64,000 bases of DNA from Octopus vulgaris (GCA_951406725.2 OX597823.1:53010001-53074000), one strand, 5' to 3'; positions 27,865 through 42,616 are shown, counted from the first letter of the stretch. The notes: generated by a model not told the origin, from the letters alone. Program-made: numbers and translations.

Positions 27865-28085
27865 CTGTCTTCAAGTCCTAGGACATGTAGCGTCCATCAC
27901 TCGGTTTCCATGACGCATAAGCCACCGAGATCACATCTCTGAACGGGACACCAGCTGAGTGGATTGGAGCAACGTAAAATAGAGTGTTTTGCTCAAAAAC
28001 ACAACGTACCGCCAAGTTCGGGAATCGAAACCACAATCTTGAGATCGAGAGTGCAACACTCTGACCAATAGGCCATGCACCTCCT
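27865..28085 (-). mobile_element. CORE-like SINE (family B)
   Basis: Reverse complement ggaggtgcatggcctattggtcagag..ggtttcgattcccg..ttgagcaaaacactctattttacgttgctccaatccactcagctg. Confidence 0.8.
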
Positions 28086-28732
28086 CAGACATCTCACCGA
28101 AAATGCGGTCTATCACCTTCATGAGGTCGTATAACCTGTTAGAAATAATAACTAAATCTCTTTCAAACAACCTTATCTCTCCCCTAAGTGGAGTGTTAAG
28201 TTGGATAATGTATTCTTGCGTAATTATGACTGGAAATAAATTCACCCCTGGAATATCTTCGACTCTACGTCTGCAGTTCCATCTATGTGTTAAAACAACT
28301 ATAATGAAATTTAGTCGCGCTTGTTAGATTCTGGGTTCAAATCTCAACGGGTCTACTTAGACTTTTATTATTATAGAGTAGATAAAATAGATACCAATCA
28401 AGTACAGAATCAATTTGAATTACTGTTCCCCGTCTTACAAGAGCCTTGGCCTTGTCCCGATTTGAGAAATGAATTATATGTTGTCATTTACGCATTTTTA
28501 CTCTTTCTCACCCGTTCTCTCTCACATGTCCTTTATCTGATCTCTCTCTCTCTCTTCCTTCCACCTCTCTCTCTCTCTCTACTTTTCTTTTTATTGTACA
28601 CACACATCTCAAAAATAAATAAATATCCCTCATTATATTGCTTTTATCTGTGCAGACACTTCCTTTGTGCTTCGAATCTGCTAACATATAATTAGCTAAA
28701 TTGTTGGAGATAACCCACCAAACTACTCCGAC

Positions 28733-28992
28733 TCATTGGAGATGCTCTGCAGCATCAGCTGCCTTACAACGGGGATTATTTTCAGTAAACCGCTCGACAT
28801 CCCCAAAACACTTGTCAGAAAGCCCAGGCCCACCTTAGTGGGATGGTATTGATTCCTTTCCTTTGCTGATGAATTGTACAATCACTTTGTTGATTATGGC
28901 CCGAGGAATCCCAAGATTTTTGTGCAGTTTTACGCTGACCTACAATACGCCCTCTTTGAAAAACAGCCAACTCTTTTGTTTCTGGTGTTCAT
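28733..28992 (-). pseudogene. Tc1-like transposase N-terminal (paired HTH) remnant
   Basis: Minus-strand frames give ELAVFQRGRIVGQR..NLGIPRAIINKVIVQF..SH*GGPGLSDK..ENNPRCKAADAA, matching the Tc1 HTH1-GRP-HTH2 layout; frameshifts and stops. Confidence 0.65.
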
Positions 28993-29204
28993 GGCAAAGC
29001 TAGTCGCTATGAACAATTAATGTACTGTATTCTGAAATGAAAAATAATAAATAATGGATTAATTATTTTGAAGCATCAAGAACTGTCTGCACAAATAAAA
29101 CGGTACGATGAGGGGTGTCTGTTTGTTCCCTGATATGCCTGTGTATACCTTATCTCTGTTTCAGCTGTTGAGTATATTTTATTCCGTTATTTTCCTGTAT
29201 AGTT

Positions 29205-29362
29205 GATGGATCGGCAGATTCGTTAAACGCGTTAGATCATTTTACGGTACATCAGCCGGATCCAATTCAAATTCAAGTCAGGTCAATTTTGCTTTTTACT
29301 CGTCGCTTGTCGATAAATGAAATACCACTGGTATGGGGTCGATGTTCCTGATATGGGATCGA
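29205..29362 (+). mobile_element. Degenerate SINE family A ending in a 20 bp tandem duplication
   Basis: ggcagattcgtta..ttcaaattc..ggtcaattttgcttttt..gtcgataaa; tatggg.tcgatgttcctga occurs twice. Confidence 0.55.
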
Positions 29363-29401
29363 TGTTCCTGATGTACTCTTTCTTTCTTTCTCTCTCTCTC
29401 T

Positions 29402-29458
<57 letters not shown>

Positions 29459-30242
29459 AAACGTCTACGATTCGCCCTAAGATGGGTTACGACAGAAAAA
29501 TTACAGCGTTCATTCCTCCAAACATGGGGAATGGTCGGGCGACGAAAATAACAAGTTTTCCTCATTAAAACATTTAAAAGCTACACTTGAGACCGTCCAA
29601 GAACGGGCCGGCGTGTAATATCTACGGAACGTAAATAAAAAGAAAGAAGTCAGTTTGTCTGCATAATCATACTTAAAAACCAAGAGATAATGTAAAAAGA
29701 AGAAAATAATGTTTTTAGGACTTTTAAGAATGTTATATTAATTAGTACTAAAAATAAAAAGCAAGCAAGAGATAAACAATATCGATTAAATATAAAAAGA
29801 TTGCACGCCAAAAGATCGAACAGGAAACAGCTTAAAGGAAATAAAGCCGGCTTGGAAGTAATATCAAGGAAACTAGTACCATATGTCATTCACCAGAATA
29901 GTCTATAGCAAGTCAGACCTGTTAGTAAATTACACGCTATTTTAGATTCCAAAACTACTTTACCCCAGTTGGCCTTATCGTCTCTCGTAGAAATTGAGAT
30001 TTTTCGCAAAAACGGTGAAGTATATATATATATATATGTGGTAGGAATGAATGAGAGAATTATTGGCTATATTTGGAGCTTTTCTCTTTTTTAAAGTGTA
30101 ACAACCTTTAAAATGTTCCGGTTACTTCTCTTCAAGTAAAGACTAGAGTTTAGCAACTTGTCTTTCTGCTTTCTATACTTACAATTACACTTTATTTTCT
30201 CTTCTTTCTTTTGTTTGCTTTTTTATCCTGCATCATTATTCC

Positions 30243-30274
<32 letters not shown>

Positions 30275-30598
30275 TGTTATACTTAGTTCTATAAAATAGT
30301 TTCCATCCTCGCCATCATGATCACCACCATTACCAAAGAAGCACTACAACACCGCCATAATATGAACGAAATTGATCGGTTTGGGTATCGGTATATCTTC
30401 CTCTTCACATATAGCTAATAGGTTCTCTAAGTTCACGTTGAATGGGTTTATCGGGTTCTAGGTCATCACGTTCACTAAACGAAATGTTAACAAGTTCACT
30501 AGATAATTCCCCATAACAGCTCACTAAATTATTCCGTTAAAGTACTCTCGTGACTGTCTAACGTCTTCATTTCGCGTTCAAAACTGAACATCAGCTAT

Positions 30599-30672
<74 letters not shown>

Positions 30673-31809
30673 TATACATACATATGTATGCGTATATGTA
30701 TGTATGTATATGTATAAATCTATATAAAACAGACAAATAAGGGCACAAGATGAAAATGTACGAAGACGCCACTTAAACACGGTCCCTTGTCGCTGTTTCC
30801 ATTAAAAATGCAGTAGACCAGTGAATGGTTTGTTGGGATTCTGTTACTTAGGGCACCATTTTTCTCAAATTGTTATGCAAAAGTAAAAATATATAAAGAA
30901 TCTTCTATCTTAAAGCCTATTTGATTTTGTAAGGAAATGCAGAGTCTACGTATTAGTTACCAGCTTATAAAAGTTATTTTGTCGATTCGAGAAGGCTAAA
31001 ACAATATCTTCCCTAGTTAGATATAAACACCGAAATAAAGAAATTAGTAAAAGAAAAAAATCGAACATTCATTTAGATATTCCATATCTATTTTTGTTCT
31101 TAATATCTAAACCCACTTATCTTCACTTTGTGTTGAAACCAAGCATCCTTAATAATTTGATCTTTTTGCTTTGGATTTTGTATCAGCTTTTCTTTGACAA
31201 AACCAGCTTCATCGCTGTCATCATTATCATCATTGCTTCTTTATCTCTGTTCCATTAATGCTTCCATGACTGCTCTTTGGCCGAACTTTCTTCTCTTGTT
31301 CTTCCATCAAAGATTACTAATCGAATGAGTCGTCTTTTCACTAGTTTTCATCGTTTCACTGTTGTAGTTCTGCCTACAAGAAACGTATCATATAGTTTCT
31401 TCCTTGAACTTCTATCTCATGACACTCGCTTCCTTCTTGTTTCTCTGCAAGATATAATTTTGATTTTGTTTTTGTTTTTTGCGTTTATCGTTTTCTGATT
31501 TTGGAGTACACTTTTTCTTTTTTTTTTTAATATTTAAATGGTTGCTCGAGGTTTGTTTTAGTGTTAATAACTTGCCTGTTCGTTGGGAGTGAATTCTAAT
31601 AAATAAGAATTGCTTTGTTATTTAGTTTTTAATTCACAACTGAACAACCAAAATTATGATCAAAGACATTCCAACGATGAGCTGCCATCTTTATTTCAGA
31701 TATCATACATCATGGCTATCCCATTTTTTAATAAAGTTAAAGTTATATGTGAGGATGATTTAGCTCCCTTCTTGTTGGTTGAGGACATATTTCATTGGCT
31801 TTGCTATAG

Positions 31810-32255
31810 GGGTTTCACAATTTGGCACAAGGCCAGCAATTTTGATGGAGGAATAAGTTGATTACATCGACCCCAGAGCTCAGCTAGTATTATTTTATCG
31901 ACCCCAAAAGTGATGAAAGGCAAAGTCGACGTTGGTGGCGTTTGAACGCAGAAACGTAAAAGTCGACAAAATGCCGCCAAGCATTTTCCCCAGGGTGTTA
32001 ACGATTCCACCAGCTCACCGCCTTAGTTGCTGGTAATATTAATTTCAAACTTTGGGACAAGTCCAGCAGTTTAGGAGGAAGGAGATAAGTCAGCTATGTC
32101 GACCCCAGTACTCAACTGGTACTTATTTTATCAACGCCGAAAAGGATGAAAGGCAAAGTTGGCTTCGGCGGAATTTGAACTCAGAACGTAACGACTGATG
32201 AAACGCCGCTAAACATTTTACTCGGTGTGATAAAGATTCTGCCAGCTCGCGACCT
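31810..32255 (-). mobile_element. Two head-to-tail SINE family A copies
   Basis: Copies at ~31810-32025 and ~32040-32255, each with central domain and head. Confidence 0.8.
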
Positions 32256-32899
32256 CAATTTTCTGGTAATATTGATGGCCATTTCGGTGAGTGATATACA
32301 ATCCTAAGCTGTCGAACATGTGAGCGAATTTCTGTTTCCGGAAGAAAAAAATCTATATTGTTTCATTTGCGCTGATATCTTTATAAATTCATCGATATTT
32401 TATCACTCTATTTTCTCCTGCATCTTGCAACTGATATTTCGTACCAACAAAAGTTATAGTCATATGACGTATACCAGAAAAACCTCAAGCATAGAAGTAA
32501 ACCAATGGATGCTTGGGTTATCAGATATATCGAACCATGCCATAAATACTATGTCATGGATCGAAAATACAATACAGTTAAGAAGCTTTTCCGTACTCAC
32601 GATTTTAGCATATATTCTCTCATGCGAAGGTATGACCGAATATGTCCTAGAGCTACCCATTAAGTTCGAAACTGCTATCTTCAGTTATCTGCTTCATATG
32701 TTTTTTTCTTTTCGGTTTTAATTTCCTGTAACTTAATTTTCCTGTGGATAAATTTTTCGTATTTTTCCTCTTACATTCATACCGAATTATGCATGAGAAC
32801 AGATTACATTTATATTTATAAATATTACACTTGAAAGAGAAGTAGTATGACCACAGTTGTAAAAAGGATACTTCGAGTAATTATATACGAGCAATCCAA

Positions 32900-33100
32900 A
32901 GGCAGTGAACTGGCAGAAGCGTTGGCACGCTGGGCAAAATTCTTAGCGGCATTTCGTCTGTCTTTACGGTCTGAAATCGAATTCCACTGAGATTGACTTC
33001 AACTTTCATCCCTTCGGGGTCGATGAAATAAGTACTTGTTGAGTACTGGGCTCAATGTAGTTGACTTACCTCCTTCCCCGAAGTTGCTGGCCTTGTGCCG
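32900..33100 (+). mobile_element. SINE family A
   Basis: ggcagtgaactggcagaagcgttggcacg..tttcatcccttcggggtcgatgaaataagtac. Confidence 0.85.
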
Positions 33101-33139
33101 ATCGTGGGCAATATAGATTTACCTTAGTAATGTTTTGTT

Positions 33140-33306
33140 CAGTACCATCTGAAGTCATGGACACACTGTGTAACTGATCCGGGTACTTGCGAGTTTAGGG
33201 GTCCAATTCTGAACTGCATGCTGCAGTTTGCTGTCAGAAATTAAATAACATAGGGTCCAGTGCATAGATTTTCCAGGAGGCCTAGAGTGCTACTGAGATG
33301 GTCTTG
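33140..33306. mobile_element. hAT-type MITE (167 bp)
   Basis: 11 bp imperfect TIRs cagtaccatct / agatggtcttg; 8 bp TSD gttttgtt (33132-33139) vs attttgtt (33307-33314). Confidence 0.65.
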
Positions 33307-33810
33307 ATTTTGTTCCGAGTTAATTGCAGTTACTTATAAATATTGATTACTTTTGCCTAGATATAACGCCAATTGATTTATCAATAAGTTAAAGATATTG
33401 AATCAACCGTAGTATATTATTGGCCCTCATTTTATCGGACGTGATTGAAACACAAATTCGAGAAAGACGCCGTAAAATACTGTAAACATTTAATCCATTT
33501 TTTACCATTTCTGAAAATACTCCAACCCATTATTTCTAAGTACGGACCTGTATCTCAACATAGATTTAATATCTATAATTATTTTTATTAGTTTTACCTC
33601 CAGACAATTGCTTTTATGAATTCTCTATACATCAATACAATATAGCTCCGAGATTTAATCTGATGCATTACTTCATATGTTTTAATCATATATATCTGTG
33701 TGTGTGTATGTGTGTGTGTATGTGTGTGTGTGCGTGTGCGCGTATATATATATATGTATATATAAATATACATATGCATATACATATATATATATATATG
33801 TATATATATG

Positions 33811-33860
<50 letters not shown>

Positions 33861-34030
33861 AGTATATGCATACATATATATGTCTATGTATGAATATATG
33901 TATATATATATATATTTATGAATGTATGCATCTATATATATATATGTATATATATACATATATATATTCATCTATATATCTATATATATGCGTGTGTGTG
34001 TGTACATATATGTATATGTATGCATGTATC

Positions 34031-34103
<73 letters not shown>

Positions 34104-34924
34104 TTATATATATATATAGGCATTCGAGCATATATGTATACATACAGATATATATATGTATATGCATACATATATATATGCTTTGAAATACTGAATTGAG
34201 TTATTTTTTGTATTAAATGTGAATGGTTGGATAGTCCGGGCTGTCAACACAATACCCAAACATCGGAAGTAAGAAAATTGATCTTTCAATCGATCAAGAC
34301 ACTGACTGATTGATTCTTTGCTACTTGGTTCAAAATGGCCCACATTGCACAACTAATTAATCATGTAGAGAACAACTAAGCAATTTCACTAACGTAAGAA
34401 GAAGAATAACGGAGCATCACATTATGTTTTAGCTCATCAAATTTACAGTCACCTCTTCATTGTTGAGAGTGCGGGAATCAGAAAAGAAAATCAAATTTCT
34501 TTGCTGCTCCTACTCAAAGGAAAATTTCGCGTGATAAAAATGTCTGCTTTCCATGCTTCATCATCAATGCAATCAATGGAGACGCACATATAGAAACATG
34601 GCGTCGGCATCAATACCCTTATTAGTCGTCAACCACAGAATCCGATGAGAAGGCATCCGTGCTAGAAATAACAGACAATTGTCAATCAAATCACATTCTA
34701 TTGTGCTTTAAATAAAAGACAAGTTGCATAAGGTAGTCCGTGACAACTTGTTTCAAAATAAAGTGAACTGGCCGTAGTTAGAACTCGTAGGCGAATTTGA
34801 GAAAGACACCGTAAAATACTGTATATATACTGTAAATTACTGTAAAATACTTTATATATTAGCAACAAAGCCAGTATTAATACCGAGAGATGATAACAGA
34901 ACATCCACGTTTAAGTGTGAATAA

Positions 34925-35320
34925 ATATTGATTTCAAGATTTGATACAAGACCAACAATTTCGGAGAAGAGGGTATGTCGATTACTTCGACCTCGGTACT
35001 CAACTGGTACTTAATCTAATTGACTCCGAAAGAAAGTCAAAGTAGACCTCGGCGGAATTTCAACTCAGGACGTGAAGATGGACTAAATACCTATTTCCTT
35101 ACTACACACAAGGGGCTAAACACAGAGAGGACAAACAAGGACAGACAAACGGATTAAGTTGATTATATCGACCCAGTGCGTAACTGGTACTTAATTTAAC
35201 GACTCCGAAAGGATGAAAGGCGAAGTCAACTTCGGCAGAATTTGAACTCAGAACGTACCGGCAGACGAAATACGGCCACGCATTTCGCCCGGCGTGCTAA
35301 CGTTTCTGCCAGCTCACCGC
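34925..35320 (-). mobile_element. Two head-to-tail SINE family A copies
   Basis: Central domain and B-box region occur twice (~34925-35095 and ~35100-35320). Confidence 0.8.
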
Positions 35321-35343
35321 AATAAATATTACCTCCCTCTAAA

Positions 35344-36654
35344 TATTACGTTGTTTCACATGAAATGTCGCATTTTTAATTACTTGTTATTTCAGTCATT
35401 TAAAAACTCAATTATGTATCCCTTGCATTCAATCTTGACTTTTTTCCTTTCCCAACAATATTTGTATACAAAATTCCTACCCACAGATCTTATGAAAATG
35501 ATAACAACCAAACTATGTTGAGTGATATACTCGTATGAGTACAAACTGGGTCACTCTGGCGCAGAAGCTGCACGGTATATCAAGCGGGCCTTTGATAATA
35601 GTTTTGTTGACATCAGAACTGTTGAGAGATGGTTCTAGAGCTCTCGTTCAAGAGATGATACCTTGAAAATAAACCAAGGGTGGGCCAAAATCAGTTATTC
35701 GGCATGATGGATTAAATACTTTGGTTGAACAAAATCCGAGAACAAAGGTTCGAAAACTTTCATCAGAACACCAAACTTCTCCCACAACTGTTTTTGGACA
35801 CCTGTAAAACATTGGAAAAGTCAAGAAAACGGATAGGTTTGTTCCACATCAAATGAACGAGATTTTAAAAAAAACAGACGTCTCGAAGTGTGCTCCTTAT
35901 TGCTTTCTCGACTGGAAAAAGACCATTTTTGCATCAAATCATTACTTTGATGAGAAATGGATACTTTTTGACAGCAGCAGAAGAACAGGACAGTGATTAG
36001 ATGCAGGAGAGTCACCTAAACACTACCTAAACCTACCATTGCACCCTAAAATGTTAGTGGTCACTGTATGGTGGACTGCGTAGGGAGTTACTCATTATTC
36101 ATTTCTGCAACAAGGAAAAACGGTAACAGCTACAACAGGAAACTGATTGTATGCATGAGAATTTGAAAAAAGACGCAACGATGACAAAGGAGATCTACTG
36201 TGAGCAGCTTGGGCGGCTTAAGTCAGAGCTAGAAGAAAAACGACTATCTTTGGTTTCAAAACGAAAGGTGTTCTTCCATCAGGATACTGCTCGGCTACAT
36301 ACAGCGAGGATGATATTTCAAAGGATGGAATAGTTTGAATGGGAGACGATGCCCCATCTACCATATTCGCCGGATATTGCCCCATCAGATCGTCATTTAC
36401 TGTGCAGTCTTGAAAATCATTTGGACAGTAAAAATATGAATTCTGAGGTGAGAACAGTACTGGAGAAGTATTTTTCGTCACAGTCGAGTGAATTTTGGAA
36501 GAGGGGCCTTGCAAGTCTACCAGATAAATGACAGAGGATTGTAGAAAATAAAGGAAACTATATTTTAGATTAAAAAAGAACTTTGCTTATCTTAATTTTG
36601 AAAAAAGAAATAGAGTATAGAAAAATCGTATTATTTATGGGAAGACGTGCATAT
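35344..36654 (+). mobile_element. Mariner (DD34D) transposon, inactive, apparently chimeric
   Basis: YEYKLGHSGAEAAR..RTVERWF..FVPHQ..IIT.DEKWI..VTVWW..HQDTARLH-(34 aa)-YSPDIAPSD; many stops and frameshifts; TIR-like ends at ~35344 and ~36625-36654. Confidence 0.9.
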
Positions 36655-37039
36655 AACAACATAACAGCCAAAACTCAGTATCTTAACCGAGACACAACTG
36701 TATGTATGGACATACCTGATGGGACCCAGACTGCAATATGGATTCAACACAACATATTTCACGGAGTCGCATCCATAAAGGACATTGGCAGGATTGGTCG
36801 AGACGAACGTTGTACAAAATAAAAATTAATACCAAATTCACCTTCTGGCTACTTAACAAATTATTATCATTATCTCAACTAACACTGCGGAGTTGCTGGA
36901 GTAGAATTAACGGTAATATACCCCGACTACTGATGACACAAAGTAGCCAAAACTCTGTCAGTTCTCTACTCAACACTTCAACAAAATAATCGATATATAC
37001 CCATTAGTCCAAAATATTAAACATATATACGGTGGCTGA

Positions 37040-37868
37040 ATTGTTTGTTTTACATTTTATCGATTACACAGTATAGCAGGGTCAGTTGGGCACCGTCTGT
37101 GAGAAAACAGCACCATAGCGCAATTCACTCTGCTAGAAATTTGGAGGCGACATGCTGCATTGCTTGGCTTTCGCGACCTAAACTCCAGTACGAACATTTT
37201 GGAGTGTTTGGGTGTCAATCTGAAGACAGTGCATTCTGAGGATATGTACCGAGAATGATAAAAAATCAAACATACAGCGAACATCATAGTGTTTGTAATG
37301 ATCACTAGTGATGGCCACCTTATGCCTACGTTCATCTTTCTACACGGCCTCACACTCAACACAGAAGCCTACATTAAGTTCCTGGAGGTGGTAGTGCTGC
37401 CCTGGGTCAAAAGGGTGGCTGCTGGAAGTCCCTATGTCTGGCAACAGGACTCTGCACCATGCTACACAAGCAGAAGAACCCAGACATGGTCGTCAGACAA
37501 TTTCTGTGACCACATCAGCCCCTAACATCTGGCTACCTAACTCCCCACACTGCAACCCCCTTGATTATTATGTGTGGGGCACAGTTGAGCGAGAGACCAA
37601 CAAAACTCCTTTAACACCAAAGATGAACTGAAGGTAAGGATTACGGCAGAATTCACCGACTTAAACAAGGAGACCGTCCAGAAAAGTTGCAGGAGATTCC
37701 GAAGTTGTCTGAAGGCCGTGGTTGAAGCCAATGGCGATTTTTTTGAATAAATGTACTCTGCAGTATTTCAATATATTTTTATGTAATTTTGGTGAATATA
37801 TCTGTTTAAAAAAGTCAGTGTTATTTTGATTTTTGCGTAATTTACACGACAATTTATTCATCGCACCC

Positions 37869-37870
<2 letters not shown>
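37040..37870 (+). mobile_element. maT/DD37D Tc1-mariner element, internally deleted
   Basis: VWQQDSAPC..WLPNSPHCNPLDYYVWG with 37 residues between the catalytic Ds (across one frameshift); 3' TIR-like caatttattcatcgcaccctg abutting (TA)n. Confidence 0.85.
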
Positions 37871-37952
<82 letters not shown>

Positions 37953-38072
37953 ATACATATACGTATGTATATGTATATATATATATATATATATATTATA
38001 TTATATATATATATATTATGCATATATGTTTATGTGTCGATATATATATATATATATATATCCTATGTTATA

Positions 38073-38122
<50 letters not shown>

Positions 38123-38146
38123 CATGGTCCGTGTGTGGTTTCCGTC

Positions 38147-38177
<31 letters not shown>

Positions 38178-38192
38178 GATGCTTTATCCTAG

Positions 38193-38235
<43 letters not shown>

Positions 38236-38311
38236 ACACGCCGATGATAGGCAATACACCTTAAACCATTATTACCTCAATTACAATTGAGGGTACACGA
38301 AGTACCAGCGA

Positions 38312-38518
38312 TGCTAGAAATAAGAGTCGAAATATACTCCAAATAAGCCCACCATTGAAAATACAACAGGCTGACGAAAATCGGGGTATGAGCAAGATTT
38401 AACTTACCACTGCAGCTGAAAGTCGCAAATGAGGATCGACCCTTGATTTTCCTTAGTCTGTTGTATTTCCTGTAAAATGATGGATTATTTGAGTATTTTT
38501 TTACTCTTATTTCTAGCA
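38312..38518. repeat. Fold-back element, ~80 bp arms, MITE-like
   Basis: Perfect 16 bp termini tgctagaaataagagt / actcttatttctagca; imperfect pairing continues through aaatacaacag.ct.a.gaaaatc. Confidence 0.8.
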
Positions 38519-39479
38519 ACGTTTGTTTTGTCATCAGTGTTACTTTCTATCAAGTCAAATCTATAAATGAATACACTATACAGAGAAATATCTCATACAT
38601 TTATTACAAATTAGTTTAAAACGAAAAAAATAATGAACTCTTTTATCAGTTTTTTTTTCTTATTTACTAAAAAAAAATTGATTTTTTATCGATATTATTC
38701 ATCCTCTTAACTTTCTTGTCACTTTTAAATTATTTTAGTCTTACTTTCCACAGAAAATCAATGATCGTTTCAAGACCCTTCTACCTCTTCATCTATTATT
38801 TTTTCTTTTATCTTTTAATTATTTTTTTCATAATTTTTCTCTTTTTTTGCTTTTACTGTTTGGAAAACTATCGAAAATTCACAAAGTAAATGATTTCTCT
38901 AATTTTAAAATAAATAGTAGTTCGATTAGTGTATTTACTTAACATTGTTTACTTCTGAGTATGTGTGCGCATATACGCATACACACACACATATACATAC
39001 ACACACACCCACACGTATGTATATATATGGATGTACGCATATGCATATATGTATGTATACATACATACAATTCTTTGGCAAAATTACTCGTAGACACACA
39101 TATAATTGTATACGCATACAGTTATATGAATATGTATGAGTTTACAAGTAATTTTGTCAAAGAATTGGTATGTGTTTTTATTCTATATTTGTCCTTCGTG
39201 ATTATTGTTGTAGATATCTTTAATTCAATTTTATTTATATATTTATTCATTTATCTTATGCTTTTTACTCACGACTCCCAATACAATTTGCTACAGAAAT
39301 AAGATGAAAAACTATGTAAAAATTCTTCATATCCGCTGACTGAAAATATTTTTTTTCACCTTTCTCGCACACACATGCGTGCACGAATTCGCATACAAAC
39401 GATCACACATCATACAAACGCACATATAAACACACACAAACACACACACAAACACCACACACGCACACACACACACACA

Positions 39480-39793
39480 CACACACGAACAGGCAAACAG
39501 ACAGACATACGCACACGCACAAGCCAACTGACTCTTTGCTTCATCCGATTTTTCGTCTTTTTTTCTTTACAAATAGACTTGTCTTTAATTTCATAGCTTG
39601 AAAAACACATGTGCAAGTGTGTGTATGTATATATGTTTGTGCGCGCGCGCGTATTTGTATTTTGCATATGTATATATATACACACATAAACGTGTATACA
39701 TATACATTATATAAAGGTATAAATGCATATGCATTTCTTAATATTTACATATCTATCTGCATGTGCATACGTATATATATTATAAATATTACG

Positions 39794-39868
<75 letters not shown>

Positions 39869-40130
39869 ATATAGTATATGAATATATATATATATATATA
39901 CACGCACGCACCTACACATACACACGCACACACACTCACACACACGAACAGGCAAACAGACAGACATACGCACACGCACAAGCCAACTGACTCTTTGCTT
40001 CATCCGATTTTTCGTCTTTTTTTTCTTTACAAATAGACTTGTCTTTAATTTCATAGCTTGAAAAACACATGTTCAAGTGTGTGTATGTATGTGTTTGTGC
40101 GCGCGCGCGTATTTGTATTTTGCATATGTA
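39480..40130. repeat. Recent direct duplication, ~190 bp unit, 459 bp period
   Basis: gaacaggcaaacagacag...gtattttgcatatgta at 39487-39672 and 39946-40130, nearly identical. Confidence 0.92.
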
Positions 40131-40520
40131 GGGGACGACACTCGTCAAGGTACCATACGGTAGGTTTGAACCCAGTACCATGTGCTTTTTATCACACAGT
40201 CGTGCCTGCTCTTATGCATTTACACACAAACACACGCAAACACACACACACACACACACATGTATATGTATTTGTATGCGTGTTTTTGATTGGTAAACTT
40301 TATCCGTCTCCCAGTTTAACTCAACCAAGTGATGAAAGAACGACTTTAGTGATGTGTACTCGTTTGTAAACTTTCGGGAAACATGTCCCGTCTAACGGAC
40401 ATTTTCTTCAACCTCTACCGTGCTTTAATCTATTCTGAGTTTCATGCGCATTGCCCTCTCTTCAAGATACACACGTAATATACAAGCAGCCCCTTTCTAC
40501 AAACGCACATACATGCACAA

Positions 40521-40551
<31 letters not shown>

Positions 40552-41151
40552 AGTGTGTGTGTCTTTGTCTGTTTATGTCTTCTTGAATCCTTGACCAAGT
40601 TAGATTTCTGTATGTCAACTAGCGCATCGACGAATACTAAATGGGTGACTGCGTAAGCGCTTGTAATTGAAAAAAATATGTTGTGGGATTGATGTGATGG
40701 ACTCAGATGCTGACAGAGGTGCTCTAGCATGGCCGCATTTCAATGACTGAAAATAATACACGAATAATAGAACTCAAGAAATATGCATGTTTCTGCAAAT
40801 GTGCTCTATGTCTATTTACTTGATCGTAATGTATGCAAATATCCGTATCCGCATATATATATACATCTGTGTGCGTGTGTGTGTGTGTAAGTCTATGCAT
40901 TTATGTTTTTGTGTATAGCAGCGTATATGAGTTTATGTATATTTCTATATGTGTGTTTATGTGCGCAGCTGTAGAGCAATCAAATGTCTTCGAATGAAGA
41001 GAAAATGCTAAATAAATAAATAAATGAATAAATAAATAACAACAGGACAAAAAAAAATAATGAAAAATAATGAAAAGTATTTCCGGACGTTTTCATATTA
41101 TAAAATATTTTCCTTCTTCAAAAATATGTGCATACTTTACAGATGTATAGA

Positions 41152-41218
<67 letters not shown>

Positions 41219-41638
41219 CACACCATATACTCATAGATATCTATATATGCCCACAGAACTAAGTTATATATATTGTATACGTAAATAGATATATATATAT
41301 ATAAAAAGTTACGTTTTTATGTGATTAACTAAGTAGATGTATATTTTATATTTATATTTTATTATGTAATATTATTACCGGGTGGATAGATATTTCAATC
41401 AACTTTTATACATCGGAAGAAAATGGTAGAAACATATCTAGATATTTTCAGTGTAAGAGAATCGAGATATATTTTCTATTTTCTCTCGAAATTTCTAAAT
41501 TACTCTTAGATTTTGAACATCGTTATTAAGTGGTTTTGAAGAAGTAATATATATTTTCTGATAGTTGCTAAGGCATTTATGTGGAAAGGGGGAAAAAAAG
41601 CGAAAAAGATAAAGCTTACTGTACAATAATTGCAACAA

Positions 41639-41639
<1 letters not shown>

Positions 41640-41730
<91 letters not shown>

Positions 41731-41770
41731 TGATGATGATGATGATGATGATGATTATAATAATAATAAC
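41640..41770. repeat. (AAT)n/(GAT)n microsatellite
   Basis: Directly visible. Confidence 0.95.
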
Positions 41771-42616
41771 AACAACGACAGTAACAATGATAAAACAATT
41801 ACAGAAAAAAATTTATACGATCGAAAAATGAAATCATTGTTTCTTAACTCATTGTCGTTTTTATTGATCCGAAAAATATTCCGTTACAAAATTACAAGAG
41901 AATTTGACAATTTCAGAAGCTCAAAATTACTTATATTTTTATGTCACTCCGCAAGTCATTTCCGATTAACCATTTTCTTTCTCCCACTCTGCTACTCTTT
42001 TACTTTCGCTCTTTCTTCGAGAAGTCAGTCAATCTTTCTTCGTTCGCCCTCTTTTTCTCCTGTTGTTCTATTCTTTCATCAGATTCTCTAAATTGTCTCC
42101 AGCGATTTCTACAAAAACATTTGAGTTTATAGCGAGATTGCTTAAATTGGTCGAAAATGGTGTAGAATTTCTCCAACTCTCCTTTCGTATTGTGTGTTAA
42201 ATCTATCCAATCTCACTAGATGAACTATTTAAAGAGAAAATGAGTAGCTAGAAAAATCAGATTTTCTTTAAAAAAAAGAAAAGAAAAAAATTGTGATCAT
42301 AGAAGAATTTTTCTTAAGAATTATATTTTTATCATCATGTATTCGATTCGGTCTTATTTCGTAGTATGTTCGCTTGCTATAACTTTAGTGATAATTCCTT
42401 TTAGCGCACATCTGATTCGAAACCCTTAGGCAAATAACAATACCATTAAAATTCTCTACAGTCAGAATTAAAGTGCATACACATGGTGTAGAAATAAGAT
42501 TCCCATTATTCTAATATGAATACAATTTGGTTATAAAAAATGTTGGAATTTCTATGTGCCTATAAGAGTCATTCTTTATTATTTACCACATATGCGTGTT
42601 TATGTTAGAGAATGCG

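Noticed and set aside
32320-32721. 133 aa non-repetitive ORF
   Set aside because: Non-ATG start, no recognisable motif, composition typical of random AT-rich DNA.
36925-36965. CTGATGA..AAAAC..GTC hammerhead-like words
   Set aside because: No stem II pairing and the GAAA is mutated.
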